Source: Candidatus Multivoradales bacterium
GTDB taxonomy: Bacteria > Acidobacteriota > Thermoanaerobaculia > Multivoradales > JAHEKO01
Length of the DNA: 64,000 nt
Direction of reading: 5' to 3'
Assembly (NCBI GenBank): GCA_965224065.1
Contig: CBDCYF010000005.1
Location: forward strand, 2,006,695 to 2,070,694
The notes beneath the pieces were generated by a model, which ran no database searches, had not been told where the DNA came from, and saw only the letters and a list, made by a program, of their open reading frames with translations. The translations under genes and the position numbers were made by a program. Positions 1-9,646 of this stretch are shown here, piece after piece. The first letter of the stretch is position 1; each line of letters starts with the position of its first letter.

Positions 1-480
1 AAGCCGCCGCCACCCAAGCAGCAGCAAGAGATCCCCAAGCCGAAGTCGAAGAAGGTGCCGATCCCCGACCCGACGCCGGACGAGCCCGAGCCCATCCGCC
101 TCGAAGAAGACATCGAGCCGGAGCTCGACCTGCCCGACACCGACATCATCTTTGGCATTCCCGAGGGTCCACCGCCGGTCGAGCCAACCGGCCCGGTCCG
201 CGTCGGAGGCGACGTAGCGGCCCCCAAGAAGATCTCCGCGCCGCAGCCTCAATACACCGAGATCGCCCGCAAGGCGCGGATCACCGGTGTCGTGATCGTA
301 GAGGCGATCATCGACAAACAAGGCAACGTCACCAACGTCAAGATCCTCAAGGGTCTACCCATGGGTCTGGATCAGGCGGCCGCCGACGCCATCAAAAAAT
401 GGAAGTTCGAGCCCGCCACGCTCAACGGCAAGCCCGTTGCGGTGATCTACAACCTGACGGTCAACTTCCAACTGCAGTAG
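1..480 (+). CDS. tonB: Energy transducer TonB, C-terminal part; 5' end lies outside the window
   Basis: Frame 1 is open from base 1. The N-terminal half is Pro/Glu-rich (PEPEPIRLEE...). The TonB C-terminal domain signature follows: YPxxARxxxIxGxVxVxxxIxxxGxVxxVxI and KWKFEP. Confidence 0.7.
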   Translation, partial: KPPPPKQQQEIPKPKSKKVPIPDPTPDEPEPIRLEEDIEPELDLPDTDIIFGIPEGPPPVEPTGPVRVGGDVAAPKKISAPQPQYTEIARKARITGVVIVEAIIDKQGNVTNVKILKGLPMGLDQAAADAIKKWKFEPATLNGKPVAVIYNLTVNFQLQ

Positions 481-664
481 CCACGATGTCCTATCGGGAG
501 GTCGCTCCAGGAGCCACCTCGCCGGGTCGCGAGCGAGGGGGGAGGCGTTTTGCCTCAGCCACCCCTGACGCAATGCGCCGCTTACGTCCGAGATTACTGG
601 CACGTTGATTGCTCTTCCAGAGAGTCTCGACGGGAGCGCGGGGCAACGGAAAAGGAGAACCACG

Positions 665-1837
665 ATGACAAAACGACTCAATTATTCTGTGGCGGCTGCG
701 GTTGCAGCGATCGCCTTTCTCGGCGCCGGCGCGGCGCAGGCGGGTTGGGACGAAGGCAAGGCGGCCTTCACCTCCGGCAATCTCTCCGCCGCGGCGCAGG
801 AGTTCCAGGCGGTGGTCAACGCCCAGCCGGAATGGCCGGGTGGCCACTTCATGCTCGGCTGGACCGAGCTCCGGCGCGACAACCCCACCAGGGCGATCGA
901 GCACCTGAGGAAGGCCTACGATCTCGACAAGGCAAACGAGCTGTACCGGCTGCGGCTGGGGCAGGCTTATGTCAACGCCCGGCGCTACGGGGACGCGGTG
1001 GCGTTTCTGAGCAAAATCAACTCCGGCGCGCTGCCCAAAGATCTCCAGGGTCTCCTCGCTCAACTCAAGGCCGTCGCCTACAGCAAGAGTGGCCAGAGTG
1101 GCGCGGCGCTGGCCGAAGTCGCCAAGGCGGCAAAGGCGAGCCCCAATGACGCCGATCTGCAGTACAAGTGGGGCGCCATGGCGGTCAAGGAAGGCGACAT
1201 GACCAGCGGCATCCGCGCGCTCGAAAACGCCGTGCGACTCGACTCGGGCGACATGGACAAGCAGCGAGCTCTGGCCAAGGCGTACCTCAAGATGGGGCGC
1301 ACGACGCGGGGCAGCGGCAAGACCGGCGCCTATCAAAAGGCCGCCAGCGCAGCCCAAAAAGTGGTGGCGAGGAGCGCTTCCTACGACAACCTGATGCTGC
1401 TCGGCGGAGCGCAGTTGGGCGCCAAACAGTACGACGGCGCGATCTCCACGTTCCAACAGGCGTCGGGCAAGTCGTCGGACTGGCTGCCGCAGTTCTACAT
1501 CGGCCAGGCCCACACGGCCAAAGGCTCCTATCGCTCGGCGGAAAGCTCGCTCAAGCAAGCGCTCAACAACACCTCGAGCCCCCAGGACCAGAGGCAGATC
1601 TGGAAACAGCTCGGGTTTGTCTACGAAAAACAGAAGAACTACAACGAGTCGATCGCCTTCTACAACAAGGCCGGCGACTCCGGTAGCGCGGCGCGGGTGC
1701 GGGAAAATCAGGAGACCGAGGAGTACAACCAGAAGGTCCAGGCCGAGAACGAGCAGATCCGCAAGCTCGAAGCGGAGAAGAAGGCCCTCGAGGACGAGCT
1801 CAAGAATCTTCCCGGAGCCTCCAACCCCGGACGCTAG
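665..1837 (+). CDS. Secreted tetratricopeptide-repeat protein with C-terminal coiled coil
   Basis: An AAGGAG RBS lies 6 nt upstream of the ATG at 665. The signal peptide is MTKRLNYSVAAAVAAIAFLGAGAAQA. TPR-like helices recur (AxxxYxKAxxxxP), and a charged EEYNQKVQAENEQIRKLEAEKKALEDELK coiled coil closes the protein. The longer ORF from 605 was rejected as the start. Confidence 0.7.
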   Translation: MTKRLNYSVAAAVAAIAFLGAGAAQAGWDEGKAAFTSGNLSAAAQEFQAVVNAQPEWPGGHFMLGWTELRRDNPTRAIEHLRKAYDLDKANELYRLRLGQAYVNARRYGDAVAFLSKINSGALPKDLQGLLAQLKAVAYSKSGQSGAALAEVAKAAKASPNDADLQYKWGAMAVKEGDMTSGIRALENAVRLDSGDMDKQRALAKAYLKMGRTTRGSGKTGAYQKAASAAQKVVARSASYDNLMLLGGAQLGAKQYDGAISTFQQASGKSSDWLPQFYIGQAHTAKGSYRSAESSLKQALNNTSSPQDQRQIWKQLGFVYEKQKNYNESIAFYNKAGDSGSAARVRENQETEEYNQKVQAENEQIRKLEAEKKALEDELKNLPGASNPGR

Positions 1838-1862
1838 GGACCACTCACCAACGACTCTTTGC

Positions 1863-1888
1863 GGGGACCTCTGGGTCCCCGTTTTTTA
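1863..1888 (+). terminator. Rho-independent terminator after the TPR gene (GGGGACC-tctg-GGTCCCC followed by TTTTTT)
   Basis: A perfect 7-bp GC stem with a T6 run lies 26 nt past the stop. A second small hairpin, GGGGACtgtCCCC, follows at 1890-1905 in the convergent gap before the ftsX 3' end. Confidence 0.55.
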
Positions 1889-1913
1889 TGGGGACTGTCC
1901 CCAGAAGATCAGG

Positions 1914-2800
1914 CTAGATCTCTCGTCGAAGCGAGAGCACCGCTCCGACAAAGCCGGTGCTTGCCCCCAAAACGACCACGCCAAGGAACACCCACGGTGA
2001 CACCGGTCCGAGGGCAAGCGGCCCCCCGGCCAGCAGCGCCGGCCCACGAGCCGCGAGCACGCTGAGCGACAGACCGAGCGCCAAGGCGGCCAGCAGGCCA
2101 CCGAGAAGTCCCTGCAAGACGCCCTCGACGACAAAGGGGCCGCGAATGTAGAACTCGGTGCCGCCGACCAGCCTCTGGACCGAGATCTCCCGCCGGTAAA
2201 CGTGGGCCGTCAAGCGGATGACCGTGGCGGTGGTAAAGATCGCCGCGCTCAGGAGAACGGCTCCGAGAACAAGCCCCAACAGTCGCAGGAGGGCCGCGAA
2301 AACGTCGACCTGCTCCAGCCATCGGCGGTCGTCGTCGACCATGGCAACACCGGACAGCGAGTCGAGCTCCTCGAGCCAGCTCCGGGCTTCGGCGGTCCCG
2401 ACATGCTCGGGCGCCACGGTGAGCTCCAACGACGGGGGCAGGGCTCCCTCGCCTTCCACCTGGACCAGATCCGAGATCTCGGGAAAAGACTCGGCAAATC
2501 GCTCGGCGGCGGCCAACGACGACACCGTTTCGACCTGCATCACCCACGGTGCCGCCTGAGCCAGGCTTCCGATCTCGTCAATTCTCGCCGCCGTGGTCCC
2601 GGGCTCGAGGTACACGACCACCTTGGCGTCTCCCCGCCAGTCCTCGACCGACGTAGAGACACCGCGGGCGAGAACGAGAAAGACACCTCCCACATAGAGG
2701 CTGGCGGCAATCGTCACCACGGCCAGCACGCTCACCCGCCATCCCCGCGCGAGATTGAGGCTCGCCTCTCGGAGAAAGTGGAAGAGAGCCTGGAAGAAGC

Positions 2801-2804
<4 letters not shown>
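1914..2804 (-). CDS. ftsX: Cell-division ABC transporter permease-like protein FtsX
   Basis: 296 aa with 4 TM segments and a large periplasmic loop, in typical FtsX architecture. It overlaps ftsE by 4 nt (ATGA), indicating translational coupling. Confidence 0.8.
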
Positions 2805-3526
<722 letters not shown>

Positions 3527-3596
3527 GGAAGATCAGTCTATCCGAGAGCCGTCTCTCCGGCTCGTTTCTCGAGCCACGGAAGAATAGAATTCCGGG

Positions 3597-4331
3597 ATGC
3601 CTTCTTCCCCATCGCCAACCCAACCGGCCGGCGAACCGGCGGTGTGGCCGGCGCGTCGCGGCACGATCGAGGCGCGATTTTGCGGACGTAGTGTCGGGGC
3701 CAGCCGCGAGTCCCCCCGTGAATCACCCCGCGAATCCCCCCGCGAATCCCCTTCCGAATCCCGTAGCCAGGTCCTGGATCGCGTCGCTCCGGAGTCCATG
3801 GATCTCGCGTGGTTGCGCCAGATTCACTCCAACCGTTGCATCGAGGCGCGCCCCGGGGCGGTGGAAGAGGGGGATGCCTTGTGGACGGACCGACGGGGGA
3901 TCGCCCTTTGTATCGCCACCGCCGATTGCGTCCCGGTGGTGATCGCCGGCAACGGCCGACTCGCGGTGGCCCACGCCGGTTGGCGAGGGATCGTCTCGGG
4001 CGTCGTCGCCTCGGCGCTCGAGGCGCTGGGCCAAAGCGCCGAACCGGTCGGCTGGATTGGGCCCTCGATCGGCGTGTGCTGCTACGAAGTCGGAGACGAC
4101 GTGGCCCGGCGGATCGCGGACTCGTCCAGCGCCGACGTCATTCGAGCGCAGGCCGGCCGGCGTCCCCGGGCCGATCTCGCCGCGGCCGTAGAGGCGCAGC
4201 TAACCGCCGGCGGTGTCCATGACGTGCGCCATCTGGGCGGGTGCACCTCGTGCCAGACCGATCTGCTGTGGAGCTACCGCCGCGAAGGTCCCGGCGGGGG
4301 ACGAAATCTGACCTTCGCCTGGATCGGATAA
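3597..4331 (+). CDS. pgeF: PgeF/YfiH-family purine-nucleoside phosphorylase / polyphenol oxidase (DUF152); start uncertain
   Basis: WLRQIHSNRC aligns with E. coli WLEQVHGKDV. The ATADCVPV...AHAGWRG and GPSIGVCCYEVG...SYRR motifs are present. The N-terminal ~65 aa are low-complexity (ESPR)n. An internal ATG at 3798 would give a truncated domain, so the long ORF is preferred. Confidence 0.6.
   Translation: MPSSPSPTQPAGEPAVWPARRGTIEARFCGRSVGASRESPRESPRESPRESPSESRSQVLDRVAPESMDLAWLRQIHSNRCIEARPGAVEEGDALWTDRRGIALCIATADCVPVVIAGNGRLAVAHAGWRGIVSGVVASALEALGQSAEPVGWIGPSIGVCCYEVGDDVARRIADSSSADVIRAQAGRRPRADLAAAVEAQLTAGGVHDVRHLGGCTSCQTDLLWSYRREGPGGGRNLTFAWIG
3708..3767. repeat. Imperfect 12-bp tandem repeat (GAATCCCCCCGC x ~5) in frame within pgeF
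   Basis: The units are gagtccccccgt / gaatcaccccgc / gaatccccccgc / gaatccccttcc / gaatcccgtagc. They encode ESPRESPRESPRESPSESRS, and the reverse strand reads GDSRGDSRGDSR. Confidence 0.8.
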
Positions 4332-4340
4332 CCGAGCAAC

Positions 4341-5426
4341 TCACCAACTGAGACGGCGACCCCCGCCGCGTGGCTCCCGTTCGCGCGAGCGCAGTTGGCC
4401 GCAGGCCGCGCTGACGTCGTCACCACGGCGACGGCGGACGGTCGTCGGCATCCCCCGGGACTTGAGGCGTCTCCGGAAATCCTCGACCACCGTAGGCGAC
4501 GGCTGCTGCATCCGTTCGCCCAGTACCGGATCGGGATTGATCGGGATCAAGTTCGCCTTGACCTTGAGCTCCGAAAAAACGGACACCAGGCGGTCCGCGT
4601 CCTCGACGCGGTCGTTGAAATCACGGATCATGACGTATTCGAGAGTGATTCGACGCCGGCCCTCGAGCGGGTACCGGCCGAGCGCGTCGACCAGCTCCGA
4701 GAGCGGATAGATACGGTTGATCGGCATGATCCGGCTCCGGCGCTCGTCATCGGGAGCGTGAAGCGAGACCGCCAGGTTGGGGCGACGGCGCCAGGCAGCC
4801 ATCCGTTCGAGCGCCGGCAGGATGCCCACCGTGGAGACCGTGATCCGGCGCCACGAGATCTGCTCGGTGAGGATCTCGAGCGCCACTTCGAGCGCATCCA
4901 GATTGAGCAACGGCTCGCCCATTCCCATAAAGACCAGGTTGAGCCCGGCGAGGCCCCGGCTACCGGGTCGGCGCAGGGCCAGGACCTGTCCGACCATCTC
5001 ACCGGCGGTCAGGTTGCGGCCTCCGCCCCAATAGCCGGTGACGCAAAACGCGCAACCCAGGGCGCAACCCGCCTGACTCGACAGACACAACGTGCGCCGC
5101 TCACCTTCGGGAATATCGACGGTCTCGATCTTGACCCCGTCGCCAAGCAGGAGAAGGGCCTTTTCGGTTCCGTCGCTCGAAACGTGCCGCTCGCTGACCA
5201 CCGGTAGGCCCACCCGGAACTCTTCGGAGAGGGCGCGGCGCAGGTCGAGACTCAGGTCGGTCATCTCGCCAAAGTCGACGATGCCGTGGCGGTAGATGTG
5301 ATCGAAGATTTGATCGGCCCGGTACCGCCGGTCGGAAATCGACGAGATCCGCTCGGCCAGTTGCCCGCGGGTCAGACCGAGCAGATCGAGACGCTGTTCG
5401 GGCTGCTGGTGGCTCGGTCGTTCCAA
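4341..5426 (-). CDS. rlmN: 23S rRNA m2A2503 / tRNA m2A37 methyltransferase RlmN (radical SAM)
   Basis: The radical-SAM cluster CALGCAFC and GMGEPLLN are present, and the length (361 aa) and conserved N-terminus (QIFDHIY) fit RlmN. Confidence 0.9.
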   Translation of the reverse strand: MERPSHQQPEQRLDLLGLTRGQLAERISSISDRRYRADQIFDHIYRHGIVDFGEMTDLSLDLRRALSEEFRVGLPVVSERHVSSDGTEKALLLLGDGVKIETVDIPEGERRTLCLSSQAGCALGCAFCVTGYWGGGRNLTAGEMVGQVLALRRPGSRGLAGLNLVFMGMGEPLLNLDALEVALEILTEQISWRRITVSTVGILPALERMAAWRRRPNLAVSLHAPDDERRSRIMPINRIYPLSELVDALGRYPLEGRRRITLEYVMIRDFNDRVEDADRLVSVFSELKVKANLIPINPDPVLGERMQQPSPTVVEDFRRRLKSRGMPTTVRRRRGDDVSAACGQLRSREREPRGGGRRLSW

Positions 5427-5454
5427 GGCGACGCTATGCTACCCTCCCGCCGCC

Positions 5455-6447
5455 ATGGAAGAGACCGGACGGCGAGAGTGGATCGAGACCCAGGGCTTCG
5501 ACGTCGCGCGTCTCGAGCCGCTCGCCGGTGACGTCTCGCAGCGCCAGTACTATCGCGCTTATCTGGGGGCTCATCTAGCGTCGCCGGCGACCGCCATTCT
5601 CGCCACCTATCCACCGGAGATTCGCGAGAGCTGCCGCCGTTTTGAGATCTCGACGCGCTTGCTCGAACTGAGAAACGTGCGGGTGCCCCGGATTCTCGCC
5701 CGCGACTGCGATCGCGGTTTGGCGCTGCTCGAAGACGTCGGACCGCTGACCCTCTACGATCTCGCCGACCGGGATTGGAGCGAGCTCGCCCCGCACCTTT
5801 TCGCCGCCGTCGAGATGATCGGCTCGATCCAAACCGTGCCCGCCGATGTCGTCGAAGAGCTCAACCCACCGCTGGACGGCGCCCTGCTGCGACGAGAGCT
5901 CGCTCAGACCCGCGAGTTGCTCCTGGACGAGCCACCGCTGCGCGCCCCAACGGCCGAACGGCGACGGCTACGCGAGACCCTGGACGCGCTGTGCGAGCGT
6001 CTTGCCGCCGGCCCCACGGCCGTGTGCCACCGCGACTTCATGGCCCGCAATCTGGTACCCCTCGACGGAGGAGGCCTCGCCGTCCTGGACCATCAAGACC
6101 TCCGCATCGGACCGGCGCACTACGACCTGGCGTCGCTCCTGAACGACAGCCTCTTTGTGCCACCGGAGCTCGAGCGGGAGCTGCTCGACGCCTACGGGGT
6201 GTTAGGAAAAGACAGGGACGAAAACGGGGACGCCGACCTGGATCTTTACCGGGCCTGCGCCGCCCAGCGCACGCTCAAGGCCGCCGGCACCTTCGCGGCC
6301 TTTGCGCGGCGTGGCTTTTCCCGCCACCTTCCCCTGATCCCACCGACCCTGGCGCGAGCCGCGGCGCACCTGCGGCAGCTCCCCGAAGGGGCCGAGCTTC
6401 CGGAAGAGCTGTTCGAGTCGTGGGAACGCTACGGGCAAACTGAGTGA
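5455..6447 (+). CDS. APH/ChoK-family phosphotransferase, AmgK-like (MurNAc/GlcNAc anomeric kinase family)
   Basis: The Brenner catalytic motif HRDFMARNLV and the DHQDLRIGPAHYDLASLL activation segment are present. The N-terminal GDVSQRQYYR phosphate-binding loop is typical of the AmgK subfamily. Confidence 0.6.
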   Translation: MEETGRREWIETQGFDVARLEPLAGDVSQRQYYRAYLGAHLASPATAILATYPPEIRESCRRFEISTRLLELRNVRVPRILARDCDRGLALLEDVGPLTLYDLADRDWSELAPHLFAAVEMIGSIQTVPADVVEELNPPLDGALLRRELAQTRELLLDEPPLRAPTAERRRLRETLDALCERLAAGPTAVCHRDFMARNLVPLDGGGLAVLDHQDLRIGPAHYDLASLLNDSLFVPPELERELLDAYGVLGKDRDENGDADLDLYRACAAQRTLKAAGTFAAFARRGFSRHLPLIPPTLARAAAHLRQLPEGAELPEELFESWERYGQTE

Positions 6448-6615
6448 CGGTCCTGCCATTGGCCTCGCCAGGGCCGTTTGACCGAGCGCACGAAAATGAC
6501 GTTGGAAGTTCGAGCTCGGTTCGGCGCGAGGGAAACCGAGGCGCGAGCTAGATCACCGAAGGCCGAGTTGCTCGCGCCGTGCCCCGGTGAGGCCAATGGC
6601 AGGACCGTCACTCAA
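6440..6615. repeat. Long inverted repeat: 26-bp perfect arms (TGAGTGACGGTCCTGCCATTGGCCTC, 29/30 with one mismatch) flanking a ~122-bp GC-rich spacer that holds nested palindromes
   Basis: The arms lie at 6441-6466 and 6589-6614 in reverse-complement orientation. The first arm starts on the kinase stop codon. The element sits in the convergent gap before the tatA 3' end. Confidence 0.85.
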
Positions 6616-6709
6616 CGAGATGCGGGCTAGGAGCCGGCTCTCGAGAGGGCCTCCGACCAAACCACAATGTGCGCAGCCGGAACGTTTCACCGGCTGCCGG
6701 CAGAACCAG

Positions 6710-6895
6710 CTACGACGAGTTCGCGGTCTCTTCGGCCTTGTCGGCGGAGTCTGCCGAGTCGTCCTTGAGGCCCTTGCGGAAGTTCTTGATGCCTTCCCCG
6801 AACCCGCGGCCCAGTTGTGGGAGCTTCGACGCACCAAAGATCACCACGATGATGAGCAGGATGAGCAACAACTCTGGAACGCCGAAGCCGGCCAT
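6710..6895 (-). CDS. tatA: Twin-arginine translocase subunit TatA
   Basis: 61 aa. An N-terminal TM helix is followed by the FGxxKLPxLGRxxGxxIKxFRKG amphipathic-helix signature and an acidic tail. Confidence 0.85.
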   Translation of the reverse strand: MAGFGVPELLLILLIIVVIFGASKLPQLGRGFGEGIKNFRKGLKDDSADSADKAEETANSS

Positions 6896-6999
6896 GGATC
6901 TCTCCTCGCGTAAGACGGTCTGTTCGGACCGGGAATCAGTCTAGCAGATCGACCTCGGTCGACCGTGCTCGCAAAGGCCGCCGTGTCTGGCGGCGGGGG

Positions 7000-7734
7000 C
7001 TAGTTCGCTACGTGCCAGTCGCGCCGCAAGTGGTCGCGCCACAGCGTCCGGTGGTGCGCGACATAACGGTCGAGGACTCGATCGACGTAGGCCTGGGTCT
7101 CCGGGAAGGGCGGCACCCCGCCAAACCGTAGAACGTTGCCCGGGCCGGCGTTGTACGCCGCCAGAGCGAGCTCGAGGTCCCCACCAAAACGGCTGAGAAG
7201 TTGGCGCAGGTATCGGGTACCGACGTCGACGTTGACGGCGGGGTCCAGAGGATCGTCGGCGCCCAGGAGATCAGCCGTAGACGGCATCACCTGCATCAAG
7301 CCGAGCGCCCCGTCCACCGACACGGCGTAGGGATCGAATCCGGACTCCGCTTCCACCACCGCCGCGATCAGGAGACCGTCCAGCTCGTATCGCTTGGCCG
7401 ATTTCACGATCAGATGGCCGTGCGGCATTCGCCTCAGCAAGCGCCGGCGCTCTCGCTGCGGCAGGTAGTCTCGGAACAGCGTAAAGCTCTCCGGGCGCCG
7501 CCGGATCTCGTCGCCGATCTCGCTCGGGTCGAGAGGCCGCAACTCGACCCCACCCGTCACGCCGTCCACCCACTCGCGCAGCTCGTCGAGAATCACGACC
7601 TCCCTCACCGAGGGTGGCAGCGGACGATTCTCGGGAATCGAGGAAGTCGTCGGAGCGGTGTAGAGGCTGAGTGCCAAAAAGGCGCCAACCCCGACGAGGG
7701 CATTGAATTTCCAACCGGACATCCGGCTCATCAC
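7000..7734 (-). CDS. Lytic transglycosylase (SLT domain) with N-terminal signal/anchor
   Basis: The SLT catalytic region AVVEAESGFDPYAVSVDGALGLMQVMP and the AYNAGPGNV motif are present, with an N-terminal hydrophobic segment. Confidence 0.8.
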   Translation of the reverse strand: MMSRMSGWKFNALVGVGAFLALSLYTAPTTSSIPENRPLPPSVREVVILDELREWVDGVTGGVELRPLDPSEIGDEIRRRPESFTLFRDYLPQRERRRLLRRMPHGHLIVKSAKRYELDGLLIAAVVEAESGFDPYAVSVDGALGLMQVMPSTADLLGADDPLDPAVNVDVGTRYLRQLLSRFGGDLELALAAYNAGPGNVLRFGGVPPFPETQAYVDRVLDRYVAHHRTLWRDHLRRDWHVAN

Positions 7735-7913
7735 AACTCGAAAAAACTCAGATTCTATGGAGAATTACGACTTGTACGGTTTGGCTTTTTCGAGACGTCG
7801 TAACGGCGCGCCGATACGGGTCCGATCAATCCAATCAGTGCCAGCTAGAAAGACAGCAATTTGAATGCCACTCTATCCGGTCCGCCGGAACGGTGGCGAA
7901 CCCGGGGCGGAGG

Positions 7914-8171
7914 TCAGCTTCGCGGGGCGCGCCGGCGCTTTTTTCCCGCGATGTCGGCCGGTCGAATCCTCAGATTACTGACCTTGTTCCGCAGCGTGTT
8001 GCGATGGATTCCCAGGGCTTCGGCGGACCGGGTCAGGTTGCCGTCGTTGCCGCGAAGCGTGGCGACGATGTATTGCTTCTCGAACTCGCGGACTCCCTGG
8101 TTGAGCGTCAAACCACACCCGGCCAGCTTCTCGGCAAGCCGGACCATCTGACCGTTCAGCGTGTCTTTCAT
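7914..8171 (-). CDS. fis: Fis-family DNA-binding protein
   Basis: About 86 aa. The C-terminal HTH GNxxxAAxxLGIxRxTLRxKL is a Fis/NtrC-type HTH. I chose the internal ATG at 8171 (MKDTLNG) over the GTG at 8225. Confidence 0.6.
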   Translation of the reverse strand: MKDTLNGQMVRLAEKLAGCGLTLNQGVREFEKQYIVATLRGNDGNLTRSAEALGIHRNTLRNKVSNLRIRPADIAGKKRRRAPRS

Positions 8172-8263
8172 CCCGACAAGAAACAGAGATCGAAGAGTCG
8201 AAACCATAGCACGGCGCGGGCGCACCGACCAAGCAAAATGTGCCGCGACCCAGCCGGCGGCTG

Positions 8264-9433
8264 CTAGTGCTTGAGCGCCAGCCGGTCGCCCACGTACACC
8301 GCGTAACGCGATTCCAGAACCTTGGCGACCGAGGAGCGTTCGTGCGTCGTCAAGACGCCGACCTCTCCGATCACGACCGGAGGAAGATCGTCGTTGTGCA
8401 ACCGGTATACGGTGAGGATGTCGCCCGGAGTCAGATCGGCGGAGCCGCGATCGAGATACACGACATGATCCTGTCCGACGGTGAAGATACCCGCCTCGGA
8501 GCGCACGATGACCGGCGCGTCTTGCAACTGCTCGCTACCGACGGGATCATTCACCCCGACCATGCCTCCGCGTCTTGCCAGCGGCACCGGGATCGCCTCA
8601 AACGGCCGCAGCCCGTCACCGACGTTGATCGGCATACAACTGTGGGTGATCTCGGCGATCGCGGTGTCGTCTTGCACGCTCAACACCCGCACACGGCCCG
8701 AGAACCGGTAGAACCGGCCAAGCTCGGCTCCGCTGACCGGGTGCGCTACCCGCTCCCGCGGCGTGATCGCCATAAAGGTCATGCCCGGAGTCAACCCGGC
8801 CGCGGCCCCACCGTCCAGATAGACGATATCGCCGGTGGTCAAGTCCACCTTGACCGTCTCACGCGCTCCGAAGGTCGACACACCCGCCAAACCTTCGATG
8901 ACCCGAATCCTCGGCATCAGCGCCTGGAATTCGGAGCCGATGAGCCGCCGCTCGAAAGTCTCATCGACATCGCCGATAAAGCCTGAGCAGTAAACATCGG
9001 ACTCAAACCCGAGGGGCTCCGGGGCAGTGCGCGATCGATCGAGCCTCAGACCGCCGTCTTCCCCGCCACCATCGGTCCCGTCGGCCTTGTCGGTCACCGC
9101 GGCGATGTCTCCGATGGGGGTCACCTGAATGCTGACCAGCAGCGGGTCGCCGGGATAGATCCAGTGGGCGTCCTGCACATACCGGTTGCGCTCCCAGAGC
9201 TGAGGCCACAGATACGGGTCGCCGTAGAAACGCTGGGCGAGATCCCACAGGGTGTCTCCGCGCTGGACGGTGTAGACGTCCGCGCCTTCGGGAAAAGAGG
9301 TCGGTGGATACCACGCGGTCCAATGGTCGCCGACGAGATGCAGGTCGGCCGGTGGCTGATGCGCCGCTATCGACCCCGCGAGCAGAAATATCGCGAGAAA
9401 CGCGGGTACAGTACGGTGGTATCTCATAGGCAC
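8264..9433 (-). CDS. LysM peptidoglycan-binding domain protein, exported
   Basis: An N-terminal signal peptide is followed by a LysM motif, YTVQRGDTLWDLAQRFYGDPYLWPQLWERN. Confidence 0.75.
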   Translation of the reverse strand: MPMRYHRTVPAFLAIFLLAGSIAAHQPPADLHLVGDHWTAWYPPTSFPEGADVYTVQRGDTLWDLAQRFYGDPYLWPQLWERNRYVQDAHWIYPGDPLLVSIQVTPIGDIAAVTDKADGTDGGGEDGGLRLDRSRTAPEPLGFESDVYCSGFIGDVDETFERRLIGSEFQALMPRIRVIEGLAGVSTFGARETVKVDLTTGDIVYLDGGAAAGLTPGMTFMAITPRERVAHPVSGAELGRFYRFSGRVRVLSVQDDTAIAEITHSCMPINVGDGLRPFEAIPVPLARRGGMVGVNDPVGSEQLQDAPVIVRSEAGIFTVGQDHVVYLDRGSADLTPGDILTVYRLHNDDLPPVVIGEVGVLTTHERSSVAKVLESRYAVYVGDRLALKH

Positions 9434-9646
9434 ATCCCGAACCGGATGTTCAAGACAAAAATGCGCTAAGTCGTGAGCTTAGAGTCCTTTCCTTGGACTG
9501 TCAACCTTTAGCACCACATGCTTCATGTGCTACTTGAGGTCTTGCAACCCGTCACCCACCATAGACGCTTGGACCCGAGTTCTCTGTGAAGAACTCCACG
9601 AGACCCCGCGCGCGCCGCGCCGGGAGAATCCACCGCGCGCCACCCG

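Noticed and set aside
605-664. Upstream ATG extension of the TPR gene (MIALPESLDGSAGQRKRRTT)
   Set aside because: There is no RBS. The ATG at 665 has AAGGAG at optimal spacing and starts directly with a signal peptide.
3533-3799. Minus-strand ORF encoding (GDSR)n
   Set aside because: It is the antisense reading of the 12-bp repeat in pgeF and overlaps the ftsE terminator region. It has no RBS.
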